Shown one piece after another: positions 29,086 through 36,816 of a stretch of 64,000 bases of DNA. Position numbers and translations under genes: made by a program. Under the pieces are notes generated by a model. That model was not told where the DNA came from and did not search any database. It was given only the letters and a program-made list of their open reading frames with translations. Origin of the DNA: a virus; the IMG/VR virus record IMGVR_UViG_3300045911_000130, positions 39,464 to 103,463 of that record; one strand, 5' to 3'. Every line of letters starts with the position of its first letter. The first letter of the stretch is position 1.

Positions 29086-29874
29086 CTAGCGCTTGCGCCG
29101 CAAGTAGACAAGGCCGACAAGGCCAGCGCCCATCAAAGCATACGTGGACGGTTCGGGGATTTCGCCGCCGGAGTCTTCCGCTTCCGTGTTTTTGATGCGC
29201 AATATAAGGTCGTTTGCGTCGCGGTCGCCTTCCAATGTATCTTCAATCCCGACGTAGTACAGTTGATTAACAAAATCGCGATTGATGACAAACTGCGAAG
29301 CGCCAGAGCCGTTCTGGAAAAATCCGCTGGCTAGTACTTGCGCCCATGTCGGAGTATTAGTGCTGTGGAAATTAGGCATGAAGACCATTGCCCAATCTCC
29401 ATTTACTGTGAAGTTGGCCGTAAGTGGCGTACTTGTGAAGTTTCCATTGGACGGATTAGCCTGTGCTGCGCCATTGAAGATCGTGTAAAGTGTTCCAGGA
29501 TTGTCCACTTCGTAATAGCCAAGCCAGTTGATGTTGCGCCAGCCCGCAATTTCAATCAGCATTGTCGCTTGTCCCTGATTGGGAAAACTATTTTCTGTAA
29601 AATAGCTTCCGTCGCTATCGGGCTTGAAATCGCCACTGGATGTTCCCCAAAAATCAAGCTGTTGGCCGGGAGATTGCGGATGTCCAGTAAAAACACCAGT
29701 TCCCTCAAGAAAATGTCGATATGAACGGCCCGCGCCGTCCGCCGAAGAAAGAAGCGAGTAAATGTTGGAATATGGTTGCCAGCCGTTGTTGACCGAATCG
29801 CTGGTCAGGATGGATGCCATGCCAGAATTCATGAACATGAAAAACATGAACATGATAGAAAAGATGGTTTTCAT
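29086..29874 (-). CDS. PEP-CTERM sorting-domain protein with DUF4114-like domain
   Basis: Signal peptide; 'VGIEDTLEGDRDANDLILRI'; C-terminus IPEPSTYALMGAGLVGLVYLRRKR. Confidence 0.9.
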   Translation of the reverse strand: MKTIFSIMFMFFMFMNSGMASILTSDSVNNGWQPYSNIYSLLSSADGAGRSYRHFLEGTGVFTGHPQSPGQQLDFWGTSSGDFKPDSDGSYFTENSFPNQGQATMLIEIAGWRNINWLGYYEVDNPGTLYTIFNGAAQANPSNGNFTSTPLTANFTVNGDWAMVFMPNFHSTNTPTWAQVLASGFFQNGSGASQFVINRDFVNQLYYVGIEDTLEGDRDANDLILRIKNTEAEDSGGEIPEPSTYALMGAGLVGLVYLRRKR

Positions 29875-30389
29875 TTTAGTGTCCTCGTATTTTTGAATTG
29901 TTGATGAAGTTCAAGGGCCGCAACTTCATAAGCTGCCGCAGCCTCAGAGAGCGTAGTAAATCGACCAAGAAATTGTCTGCGCCTATTTTTCATGATGTGA
30001 ACTTCGTACTTGCGGCGAGACCGTGAGTAACTAACCCCCTTAAAGCCAGAAGTGTTGTTTTTTGGAGGCACACGATTAGCCATGTTTTCGCTTTTGTTTG
30101 CAAGCCGTAAATTATTCCAGGAATTGTTTAGACGATCACCGTCGATGTGGTCAACAAGAGCAGGCGGATCTTCGCCTGTCATAATTTTCCAAATCAATCG
30201 ATGTGTAAGCCACGGTCGATTATTGTAGCTTGTAAGCCTGTAGCCTTGCGCCGAAATTGCTGTATCCGCAAACCTTCCAGGAATGGTGTTCCGATGGGTT
30301 TTTGCGATGCGAATCAATCTTCCAGATTCGATCTCGTATTTGAAAAATTGAACAAGTTCGGATTGCGGCGGTAATGGCCTAGCAAGCAT
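29871..30389 (-). CDS. HNH-AP2 homing endonuclease
   Basis: 'HRLIW...VDHIDGDRLNNSWNNLRLA..SEN..N...NNTSGFKGVS...LGRF...EAAAAY'. Confidence 0.9.
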   Translation of the reverse strand: MLARPLPPQSELVQFFKYEIESGRLIRIAKTHRNTIPGRFADTAISAQGYRLTSYNNRPWLTHRLIWKIMTGEDPPALVDHIDGDRLNNSWNNLRLANKSENMANRVPPKNNTSGFKGVSYSRSRRKYEVHIMKNRRRQFLGRFTTLSEAAAAYEVAALELHQQFKNTRTLK

Positions 30390-30396
30390 TGTGGTG

Positions 30397-30774
30397 TTAG
30401 TTGAGCGGAGTGGATTCGTTAAGATTCCACTTGTCGCCGATGATCTTGTACGACCGGCTGTGCAATACGGCATTACCTGAGCGAATAGTCAGGTTATACG
30501 CGCTCGACCGTGACGGCGGGTTGCCGCATTTGATCTTGTCATTGCCCAACACGAAACCAGAGATGTTCCCCTGGGAGTCAGTTGCCAGTCGGAAGTACAA
30601 GCGAACAGCGCGGCCATTAACTTCAGAGACGCGCGGAGAGGGGCAGGCCAACAGATTCAATTCGACATAAGCGCCGGACGGAACGTGTTGGCCGACCAAC
30701 TTGTCGATGTTGCCAGTGATGTCGGTTGCCAAACAGGTGATGGACGCCACCAGAAACAGCATGAGGGTTTTCAT
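30397..30774 (-). CDS. Secreted hypothetical protein, leaderless
   Basis: Signal peptide MKTLMLFLVASITCLA; -10 TATCAT 6 nt before the ATG. Confidence 0.65.
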   Translation of the reverse strand: MKTLMLFLVASITCLATDITGNIDKLVGQHVPSGAYVELNLLACPSPRVSEVNGRAVRLYFRLATDSQGNISGFVLGNDKIKCGNPPSRSSAYNLTIRSGNAVLHSRSYKIIGDKWNLNESTPLN

Positions 30775-30781
30775 GTTTAGA

Positions 30782-30876
30782 TGATACCGCAAACCATTGC
30801 ATAGACAAGGTTAATTTGTGGTGGGAATGTACTAGTACGGCTTGACGATGGTTAATTCGGATTGCGATGATATGCT
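30782..30876 (+). repeat. 95-bp direct repeat A (promoter region), copy 1; copy 2 at 33232-33326
   Basis: Shared core GGAATGTACTAGTACGGCTTGACGATGGTTAATTCGGATTGCGATGATATGCT. Confidence 0.9.
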
Positions 30877-31177
30877 ATGAAGTATTTGCGGATGCAGCAA
30901 CTATTGTTTGAGATGAGTGCATAAACATGCGATTCTCAATTGCCGATTGCATTGCCCTGCGTGCATGTTGGCCGGGTCAACACTTGGAAGCGCTGGAACC
31001 AATGTGAGCGAATGGGAGCGGAGAGCGTTGACGGTACAGGCTGGACACTAGGCGACCAGAGGCAGTGGAACGATTTGAAAGCATTCCTTGCTGGAGAGCG
31101 TATCCTGCAACTAGAATTCGAGATGACGACATGACCCTGAAATCGCCCATAAGCCAAGATATTGTTGGAGGTGAGAA

Positions 31178-31477
31178 GTGAAACCCCGTGACCCCCAGGG
31201 CAAGTTTATTGATCGCGCCGCAATGCTCCAATCCTGGCTCCCGAAAATGCTCGATTGGGTGTATCGCGAGCCCATTGAAACCATGCTCCAATCCGCTGCC
31301 AACTGGTGCCTTTACCGTAGCCGCCGCGAAAGCCAAGAGATGCTGCGTACCGAATCCGATACTAATGACGCCGAGTGGATTCGCTTTAAGCACGCTCGCT
31401 CCCTTAAGTGGCTCGACCGGCGAGACATCCTCTTGCGTGCACTCAACGAATATATAGAAAAGACGCAATTGCCATGA
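31178..31477 (+). CDS. Hypothetical protein
   Basis: GTG start with SD GGAGGT; ATGA overlap with the next gene. Confidence 0.6.
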   Translation: MKPRDPQGKFIDRAAMLQSWLPKMLDWVYREPIETMLQSAANWCLYRSRRESQEMLRTESDTNDAEWIRFKHARSLKWLDRRDILLRALNEYIEKTQLP

Positions 31478-31713
31478 CCCAACCCACCAACAAAGTCACC
31501 ATCACCGCCTGCCACCTCCGCCAATACCAAGCCGCTGAAAATGTCGCCCGCTCCTTCCGCCGACTAATTACCTCACCCGCTTGCGACCTCCACCAAATCG
31601 CCACCCACCAAAACTCAGCCATCCAATGGCTCCTCCACTGGCTCACTTTCTCTCAACGCGAATTCAGCAAACCTCCCATCGTCCCACCAGTCCCAAAAGG
31701 AAAAGGCAGATGA
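31474..31713 (+). CDS. Hypothetical protein
   Basis: MTQPTNKV...; coupled to both neighbours by ATGA overlaps. Confidence 0.5.
   Translation: MTQPTNKVTITACHLRQYQAAENVARSFRRLITSPACDLHQIATHQNSAIQWLLHWLTFSQREFSKPPIVPPVPKGKGR
31515..31560 (+). repeat. 46-bp direct repeat B, copy 1; copy 2 at 33158-33203
   Basis: CCTCCGCCAATACCAAGCCGCTGAAAATGT...CCGCTCCTTCCGC with 2 mismatches. Confidence 0.9.
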
Positions 31714-31766
31714 AATACATATCATTTTGCAGCGGAATCGAAGCTACGAAAGTCGAGGCGAAATAG
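31710..31766 (+). pseudogene. N-terminal remnant of a second C5 DNA methyltransferase
   Basis: MKYISFCSGIEA matches motif I of phage C5 MTases, then stops after 18 codons. Confidence 0.55.
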
Positions 31767-33035
31767 GTGTGGCTCTACGTACCCTCAGCTTGTTTACCGG
31801 AGTCGGCGGGCTCGACACCGGACTTAGAATCGCTTGCCCGGACGCTCGCACCGTCTGCTATGTGGAGAGCGGAATCGAAAACGCCAGCGTTCTGGCGGCG
31901 CGTATTGCGGAAGGAAGCATCGACGACGCGCCTATCTGGGCTGACGTGCGAACCTTCGACGGTAGGGCTTGGCGTGGAGCGGTGGATTGCATCGTGGGCG
32001 GATTTCCCTGTCAGGACATCAGTATTGCCGGCCGAGGCGAAGGAATCGTCGAAGGAAACCGCAGCGGCCTCTGGTTTCAGTTCGCGCAAATCATTCGCGA
32101 GGTGGGACCAAGCTTCGTCTTCGTGGAGAACGTCGCAGCTCTCCTTATTCGAGGACTCGATACCGTACTCGCGGACTTGGCCGCGCTCGGGTTCGATGCG
32201 CAATGGATTAGTGTTCGAGCATCCGATTGCGGCGCCAGCCATCGGCGGGAGCGGGTTTTCATTCTGGCCTACCGCAAACACGAGGGATCACCACTCGCAA
32301 GGGCCACGCTTACATCATTCACAGCGGCAGACCACGTTAGTGGATGTGGTGCAGGCATGGGCGAGTCCGCGCGGCGAGGATGCCGAGTCAGCGGGGAATC
32401 ATCCGCGAGCGACGGATTCTTTGACGGGAGCCGCAAGGCTTTGGGCGACACCGAAATCGATTACGGGAGGCGCGAACAGCAAGAGGGAGGAACGCCGAAC
32501 CGGTGGAGCGGATTTACAGGAGATGGCGCACATGTGGCAGACCCCGGCAACGGACAGCTTCAGGAGCCGAGGCGGCGATCGCAAGGAGGAAATGGGCTTG
32601 GACCAGCAGGCGAGGCTGATGTGGCAGACTCCGCACGGCATGGGCAACCGGGATGCGGCGGGGAAGATCGGCAGCGGGCCGGGCGGGGAATTTGCGAAGC
32701 AGGTGAACCACTGGGCGACGCCGACCGCTCGCGACTGGAAGAGCGAAGAATCGCGCCCGGAGAACGGCCACACGGACAACCTGAGTGGGCAAGTCTACCG
32801 CCTTTCCCGCCCGGACCGGGAGACTCAGCAGCTTGGCGAGAAATCCTCGACGTCTGGCCCTACCTCGCTCCAGCCATCTCAGCGGAAGAAACTAAATCCG
32901 CTTTTCACGGCGTGGCTCATGGGTTGGCCGATTTGGTGGTGCTCGAAAGAACCGACGCCCTACGGCAATGCGGCAACGGCGTCGTACCTATCCAGGCAGC
33001 GCTGGCTTTTGCGGCGCTTGCTGAGCGGGCAATGA
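31767..33035 (+). CDS. C5 methyltransferase beta polypeptide in the overlapping frame (TRD repeats and motif IX)
   Basis: 422-aa open frame with six W-x-(T/S)-P-type units and 'KLNPLFTAWLMGWP'. Confidence 0.75.
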   Translation: MWLYVPSACLPESAGSTPDLESLARTLAPSAMWRAESKTPAFWRRVLRKEASTTRLSGLTCEPSTVGLGVERWIASWADFPVRTSVLPAEAKESSKETAAASGFSSRKSFARWDQASSSWRTSQLSLFEDSIPYSRTWPRSGSMRNGLVFEHPIAAPAIGGSGFSFWPTANTRDHHSQGPRLHHSQRQTTLVDVVQAWASPRGEDAESAGNHPRATDSLTGAARLWATPKSITGGANSKREERRTGGADLQEMAHMWQTPATDSFRSRGGDRKEEMGLDQQARLMWQTPHGMGNRDAAGKIGSGPGGEFAKQVNHWATPTARDWKSEESRPENGHTDNLSGQVYRLSRPDRETQQLGEKSSTSGPTSLQPSQRKKLNPLFTAWLMGWPIWWCSKEPTPYGNAATASYLSRQRWLLRRLLSGQ

Positions 33036-33100
33036 TCGGTCAACGCATCAAACTAGTTTCCACCAGCCCACTCCCCATCCCACATGCCAAAAAAACGTAA
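31769..33100 (+). CDS. DNA (cytosine-5) methyltransferase, alpha (catalytic) polypeptide
   Basis: Motif I SLFTGVGG, IV GGFPCQDIS, VI ENV, VIII HRRERVF, X LRQCGNGVVP; GTG at 31769. Confidence 0.9.
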   Translation: MALRTLSLFTGVGGLDTGLRIACPDARTVCYVESGIENASVLAARIAEGSIDDAPIWADVRTFDGRAWRGAVDCIVGGFPCQDISIAGRGEGIVEGNRSGLWFQFAQIIREVGPSFVFVENVAALLIRGLDTVLADLAALGFDAQWISVRASDCGASHRRERVFILAYRKHEGSPLARATLTSFTAADHVSGCGAGMGESARRGCRVSGESSASDGFFDGSRKALGDTEIDYGRREQQEGGTPNRWSGFTGDGAHVADPGNGQLQEPRRRSQGGNGLGPAGEADVADSARHGQPGCGGEDRQRAGRGICEAGEPLGDADRSRLEERRIAPGERPHGQPEWASLPPFPPGPGDSAAWREILDVWPYLAPAISAEETKSAFHGVAHGLADLVVLERTDALRQCGNGVVPIQAALAFAALAERAMIGQRIKLVSTSPLPIPHAKKT

Positions 33101-33332
33101 AGCCTGCACCCAAAAACTCTACCTCACAAAAGACGCCGCTTTCGCGGCTGCTCGCCGCCTCCGCCAATACCAAGCCGCTGAAAATGTTGGCCGCTCCTTC
33201 CGCTCAATGATTACCCCCCCCGCTTTTTAGCTGATACCGCAAACTATTGTATAGCCAAGGTTTATTTCTAGTTGGAATGTACTAGTACGGCTTGACGATG
33301 GTTAATTCGGATTGCGATGATATGCTTATAAC

Positions 33333-34070
33333 ATGGTTCCCGCAGAAAGTCGGCGTAGAAATGTTTTGAAGCTACTGAAGCAGGCCGCGTATAATCACAA
33401 CCAATATGAAGTATTTGCGGATTGGATTGCGTGCTCAGCTTTAGCCATTAGTAACGCCGTTGATTGGTCTCAGAAGGAAGAGCGGGAAAAGGAATACGCG
33501 CAAATTCAGGCCAAGTATCGTGCTGAAGATTTTGAGCTATTTCCGCAAATGTTTGCGGAGCTTACTTATGCGCTGGAGGAACGGGAACACGACGCGCTTG
33601 GCGCTATCTTCGGCCAATTAGAGATCCACAATAAGGACGCTGGGCAGTTTTTTACGCCCGCTGGCGTAACCGATTTAATGGCATCCTTGATAAGTGATTT
33701 CGACACGCTTGTCGATGCTATTCACGCAAAGGGATATGTCACCATACAAGAACCGGCGGTCGGGGCTGGCGCTCACGTTATTTCCATGGCGAAGAACATG
33801 AGGAAGTTGGGCTTCAACTATCAACGGCAGATGCACTGTGTTGCAATCGACATTGATAGCCGCTGCGTTCACATGGCTTACTTGCAGTTTTCTTTATTGG
33901 GGATTCCGGCGGTCATTTACCAGGGGAACACGTTGAGTATGAAAATGCGGAATGTTTGGTACACACCGCAGCATATTTTGGGAGGATGGGGATACAAGCT
34001 GAACAAATCGCAAGAATCTCAAACTGAGACTATTTCGCCGGAGTTGGCCGCAGAAATTCTTCAAATTTGA
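33333..34070 (+). CDS. N-6 DNA methylase-like protein lacking the catalytic NPP(Y/F) motif; leaderless
   Basis: 'GQFFTP', 'EPAVGAG', 'AIDID', 'GNTLS'; extended -10 TGaTATGCT 6 nt before the ATG. Confidence 0.75.
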   Translation: MVPAESRRRNVLKLLKQAAYNHNQYEVFADWIACSALAISNAVDWSQKEEREKEYAQIQAKYRAEDFELFPQMFAELTYALEEREHDALGAIFGQLEIHNKDAGQFFTPAGVTDLMASLISDFDTLVDAIHAKGYVTIQEPAVGAGAHVISMAKNMRKLGFNYQRQMHCVAIDIDSRCVHMAYLQFSLLGIPAVIYQGNTLSMKMRNVWYTPQHILGGWGYKLNKSQESQTETISPELAAEILQI

Positions 34071-34965
34071 TGTCAAGAGCCGTTGCGGGCATGAAGGTTT
34101 CGATACCGTTTTCAACGGCGTAGCATTTGCCATCCTTGACAATAGCCTCCGCAAATCCTTGAAGTTGCAATGGCCGGTCTGGATGATAGCAGATCATATT
34201 CTGCGTGCAAGCCGGGCTTCCCCAAGGATTTGTAGGATTCTCGAAGTAATTGTTCTCAGTGTAGAGAAACGGCAGGTGCCAAAAGCATTTGTAGCCCAAG
34301 CCGATTATGTATTCCAAAAGCGGAACTTGCTTCCCCTCCTGGTTGTTTTCGACGTAGAGAACCGGGCGGCTTTCGATGAACTGCTTACAGTTCGCCAAGT
34401 CCGCCAAAACCTCTTGTTCCATGCCTTCGATATCAAGCTTGATGAGATCCATCCGGCTCAAGCCCAATTCACTGAGTCGCACCCGGCGCACCGGCATTCC
34501 GCTAAGCTTCTTGCGGCCTTCTCCCCACATTGATACGGCATAACCGCCAAAGTTTTGCGGCTGGGACGGGTCCAGCATGGGAATCCATTCCGGGCTGGAG
34601 GTATCCGCGTCCGGGCCGACGGCAACGGCGTGAACAGCGCGAACGTTGTGCAGTTCATTGAGGACGGTATTGGCGCAGAGCGTGTAGAAGGCGTGCGGCT
34701 GTGGCTCAATGGCGACGACGTAGCCGGACGGCCCGACGTGCTTTGCGAGGGGCACCGTGAGCGCTCCAAGGTTGGCTCCCACGTCGATGACGCAAGCTCC
34801 CGGTTGTAGCATTTGGGTCATCAATTCAAGTTCACCAGGGCAGTATTCGCCCAATTGATCGATGGAACGTCCAACGTAGATGTCGTTGGGGTTGAAGGCC
34901 ATCAGCCCGTATTTGGTCGGCTTCATGGCAATCGTCGGTTTCTTGTAAATCGTGGGATGTATCAT
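34030..34965 (-). CDS. FkbM-family methyltransferase
   Basis: 'VIDVGANLG...AIEPQ', 'LIKLDIEGME..VL', 'RPVLYVEN'. Confidence 0.9.
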   Translation of the reverse strand: MIHPTIYKKPTIAMKPTKYGLMAFNPNDIYVGRSIDQLGEYCPGELELMTQMLQPGACVIDVGANLGALTVPLAKHVGPSGYVVAIEPQPHAFYTLCANTVLNELHNVRAVHAVAVGPDADTSSPEWIPMLDPSQPQNFGGYAVSMWGEGRKKLSGMPVRRVRLSELGLSRMDLIKLDIEGMEQEVLADLANCKQFIESRPVLYVENNQEGKQVPLLEYIIGLGYKCFWHLPFLYTENNYFENPTNPWGSPACTQNMICYHPDRPLQLQGFAEAIVKDGKCYAVENGIETFMPATALDIKFEEFLRPTPAK

Positions 34966-34982
34966 AAGTCCTCATAAAGTAA

Positions 34983-35047
34983 AACCCGGCAGACACCACT
35001 CTGCCGGGTTATGTTATCTCGCCAGACACCACTCTGGCGAGCACCAC
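34983..35047 (-). other. Twin stem-loops with identical 6-nt loops; the distal one is terminator-like on the minus strand
   Basis: AACCCGGCAGA-CACCAC-TCTGCCGGGTT and CTCGCCAGA-CACCAC-TCTGGCGAG, then a third CACCAC. Confidence 0.75.
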
Positions 35048-35051
35048 AGGA

Positions 35052-35258
35052 TCAGAGGCCGTTCTGTTTGCGCCACGCCTCTATTAATAGCAGCGTTTCG
35101 TCATTGACAGCAACGGCCTCTTGCGCCATTTCTCGGATTTCGACGCGATAGTCGTTACCCTGCTCTAAGAGTAACTTGATCTTCAGGGCCGCGTCAATAG
35201 CCAAAGGTACTAGTGTTCCTATTAGCTGGGCACCTTGGTAGATCATTACTGCGTTCAT
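35052..35258 (-). CDS. Small protein coupled to the lipoprotein (possible lysis accessory)
   Basis: 68 aa; SD GAGGT; ATGA overlap. Confidence 0.6.
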   Translation of the reverse strand: MNAVMIYQGAQLIGTLVPLAIDAALKIKLLLEQGNDYRVEIREMAQEAVAVNDETLLLIEAWRKQNGL

Positions 35259-35734
35259 TTGCTTACCTCGATCTTCAGCAACGTCACGGCGGATTCCAGG
35301 GCGCTGACTGCGCTTTCAAGCTCGGCAAGCTTGGCATCGGTGAGGGTCAAGTACTTGGAGTAGAAAGAGCGCGGCGTAATGGCCTTCAGGATCTCCAAGA
35401 TCATGCCTTTCTGCTCGGCAAGCGGGCGATCCTTGGTTTGGATCATGGCGATGCCTCGGCTGGCGCGGGCGATCCGCTCGTTATAGACCAGGACTTCGGC
35501 GGTGACAGTGCCGCTGATAAGCTTGGCCTGGGCAAGCTTGATTGTGACCTTGGCGGCGGAGTTGTTGGCTTGGGCGAGAATGCCGTTGGCGACCGCGATG
35601 CGCCGGGCCGGATCTTCCGGCAATTTGACCTTCGCGCCGGTACGGCAACCGGCCAGAAGCAAGACGACAGCGATTAAGGAATAAGCTGCGCGGCGCGAAG
35701 CTCTTTGATGATGGTGCGGCATGTGTTCTCCCAT
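35255..35734 (-). CDS. Helical lipoprotein (possible spanin-like lysis component); exact start uncertain
   Basis: Lipobox LLLAG-C after a basic N-region; amphipathic helices. Confidence 0.6.
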   Translation of the reverse strand: MGEHMPHHHQRASRRAAYSLIAVVLLLAGCRTGAKVKLPEDPARRIAVANGILAQANNSAAKVTIKLAQAKLISGTVTAEVLVYNERIARASRGIAMIQTKDRPLAEQKGMILEILKAITPRSFYSKYLTLTDAKLAELESAVSALESAVTLLKIEVSK

Positions 35735-36816
35735 GTGAATCGTTCACGAAACTCTTTGGCGGCCTTCAATGCTCTTTCCTGGCGATTGGGATAATCAGAA
35801 GCAACGGTACGAATCATTGATGCAAGCGTGTGAGGATTTTGGTCACACAACGCTACGGCGTAATCGATAAGATCGCTTTGGCCGGTTGCTGGATTCAAGA
35901 TAGTCGGAACGCCACTAGCAATGCACTCCATTGCCACCAAGTTAGTTCCTCCCTCGGATCGATTCGGGAACACGGCGATATCCGCGTACTGGCGAATAAA
36001 CGTGCTTTGCTTGACTTGTGAGCTAGCGGGAACGGGCGTGGCTTTCAGCATTGATATCCCGTTGGGCTCAAAGATGTCGTAAAGAGCGTGCAGATGGGAG
36101 TCGCTGTACTTGAATTGAATCAAGTTAGATTGCTCCATCGTCTTCAGGGATTCCGGCCACGCATTCTTCCATGCGTACAGCAAATGGGCGTTAGGATACT
36201 TTTCTCGATACAGCTTGAAAGCAGCCATAACGATATCTTGTCCCTTGCGGTACTCGAACTTTCCGCCACTAAAGATATAGGGGTCGGTCAATGGCCCATC
36301 AATGACGCGCCGGGTAGACGGGTTGCGCAATTGGAACAAATCCGTATCGACGCCTTGAAAGACGCATGGGCAGTTTCGCCCTAACACTTCAGAGGCAATC
36401 TTGGAATTCCAGGTGCTTCCACCAAACAAGATATCCCACCTGCCAAGCTTGGCGTGTTCGCGGCAAGCTTGCTCGTCTTCAAAAAAGAAGTAACCCGCAT
36501 TGATGTCGCCATGCGCCATAGCCAATCGTTGCATGGTGGGATTGCCAGCCGGGGCGAGTAACACGCCGTCAACTAGAATGGTTTCCCCAGCCCAAGGGGG
36601 CCGTGCAAACGCATTGCAGTAATCGATGTCGATGTTGAAGCGCTCGATGTCGCTGAGCGTGAGGCTCCCTTTGATCTCATGCCAATTAGTCGGCAGGATA
36701 AATGTCTCGCCGCCGGTATTTTCCTTCCAGATGGCAGGCATGACGCGGCTTATGTTACTGCCGCAAATTCCCCAGCCGTAGTTGAGTCCGATGGGAAGGG
36801 CGATGGTTAGACGCAT
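35674..36816 (-). CDS. Glycosyltransferase, GT-B / GT4-like
   Basis: 'GVDTDLF', 'GKFEYRKGQDI', 'FPNRSEGGTNLVAMECIASGVP'. Confidence 0.85.
   Translation of the reverse strand: MRLTIALPIGLNYGWGICGSNISRVMPAIWKENTGGETFILPTNWHEIKGSLTLSDIERFNIDIDYCNAFARPPWAGETILVDGVLLAPAGNPTMQRLAMAHGDINAGYFFFEDEQACREHAKLGRWDILFGGSTWNSKIASEVLGRNCPCVFQGVDTDLFQLRNPSTRRVIDGPLTDPYIFSGGKFEYRKGQDIVMAAFKLYREKYPNAHLLYAWKNAWPESLKTMEQSNLIQFKYSDSHLHALYDIFEPNGISMLKATPVPASSQVKQSTFIRQYADIAVFPNRSEGGTNLVAMECIASGVPTILNPATGQSDLIDYAVALCDQNPHTLASMIRTVASDYPNRQERALKAAKEFRERFTWENTCRTIIKELRAAQLIP

Noticed and set aside
28621-29334. 237-aa plus-strand ORF
   Set aside because: Runs antisense across three better-supported genes and a terminator
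35009-35019. TTATGTTATCT resembling a XerD arm
   Set aside because: No XerC-type arm 6-8 nt upstream; it is the linker between the twin hairpins
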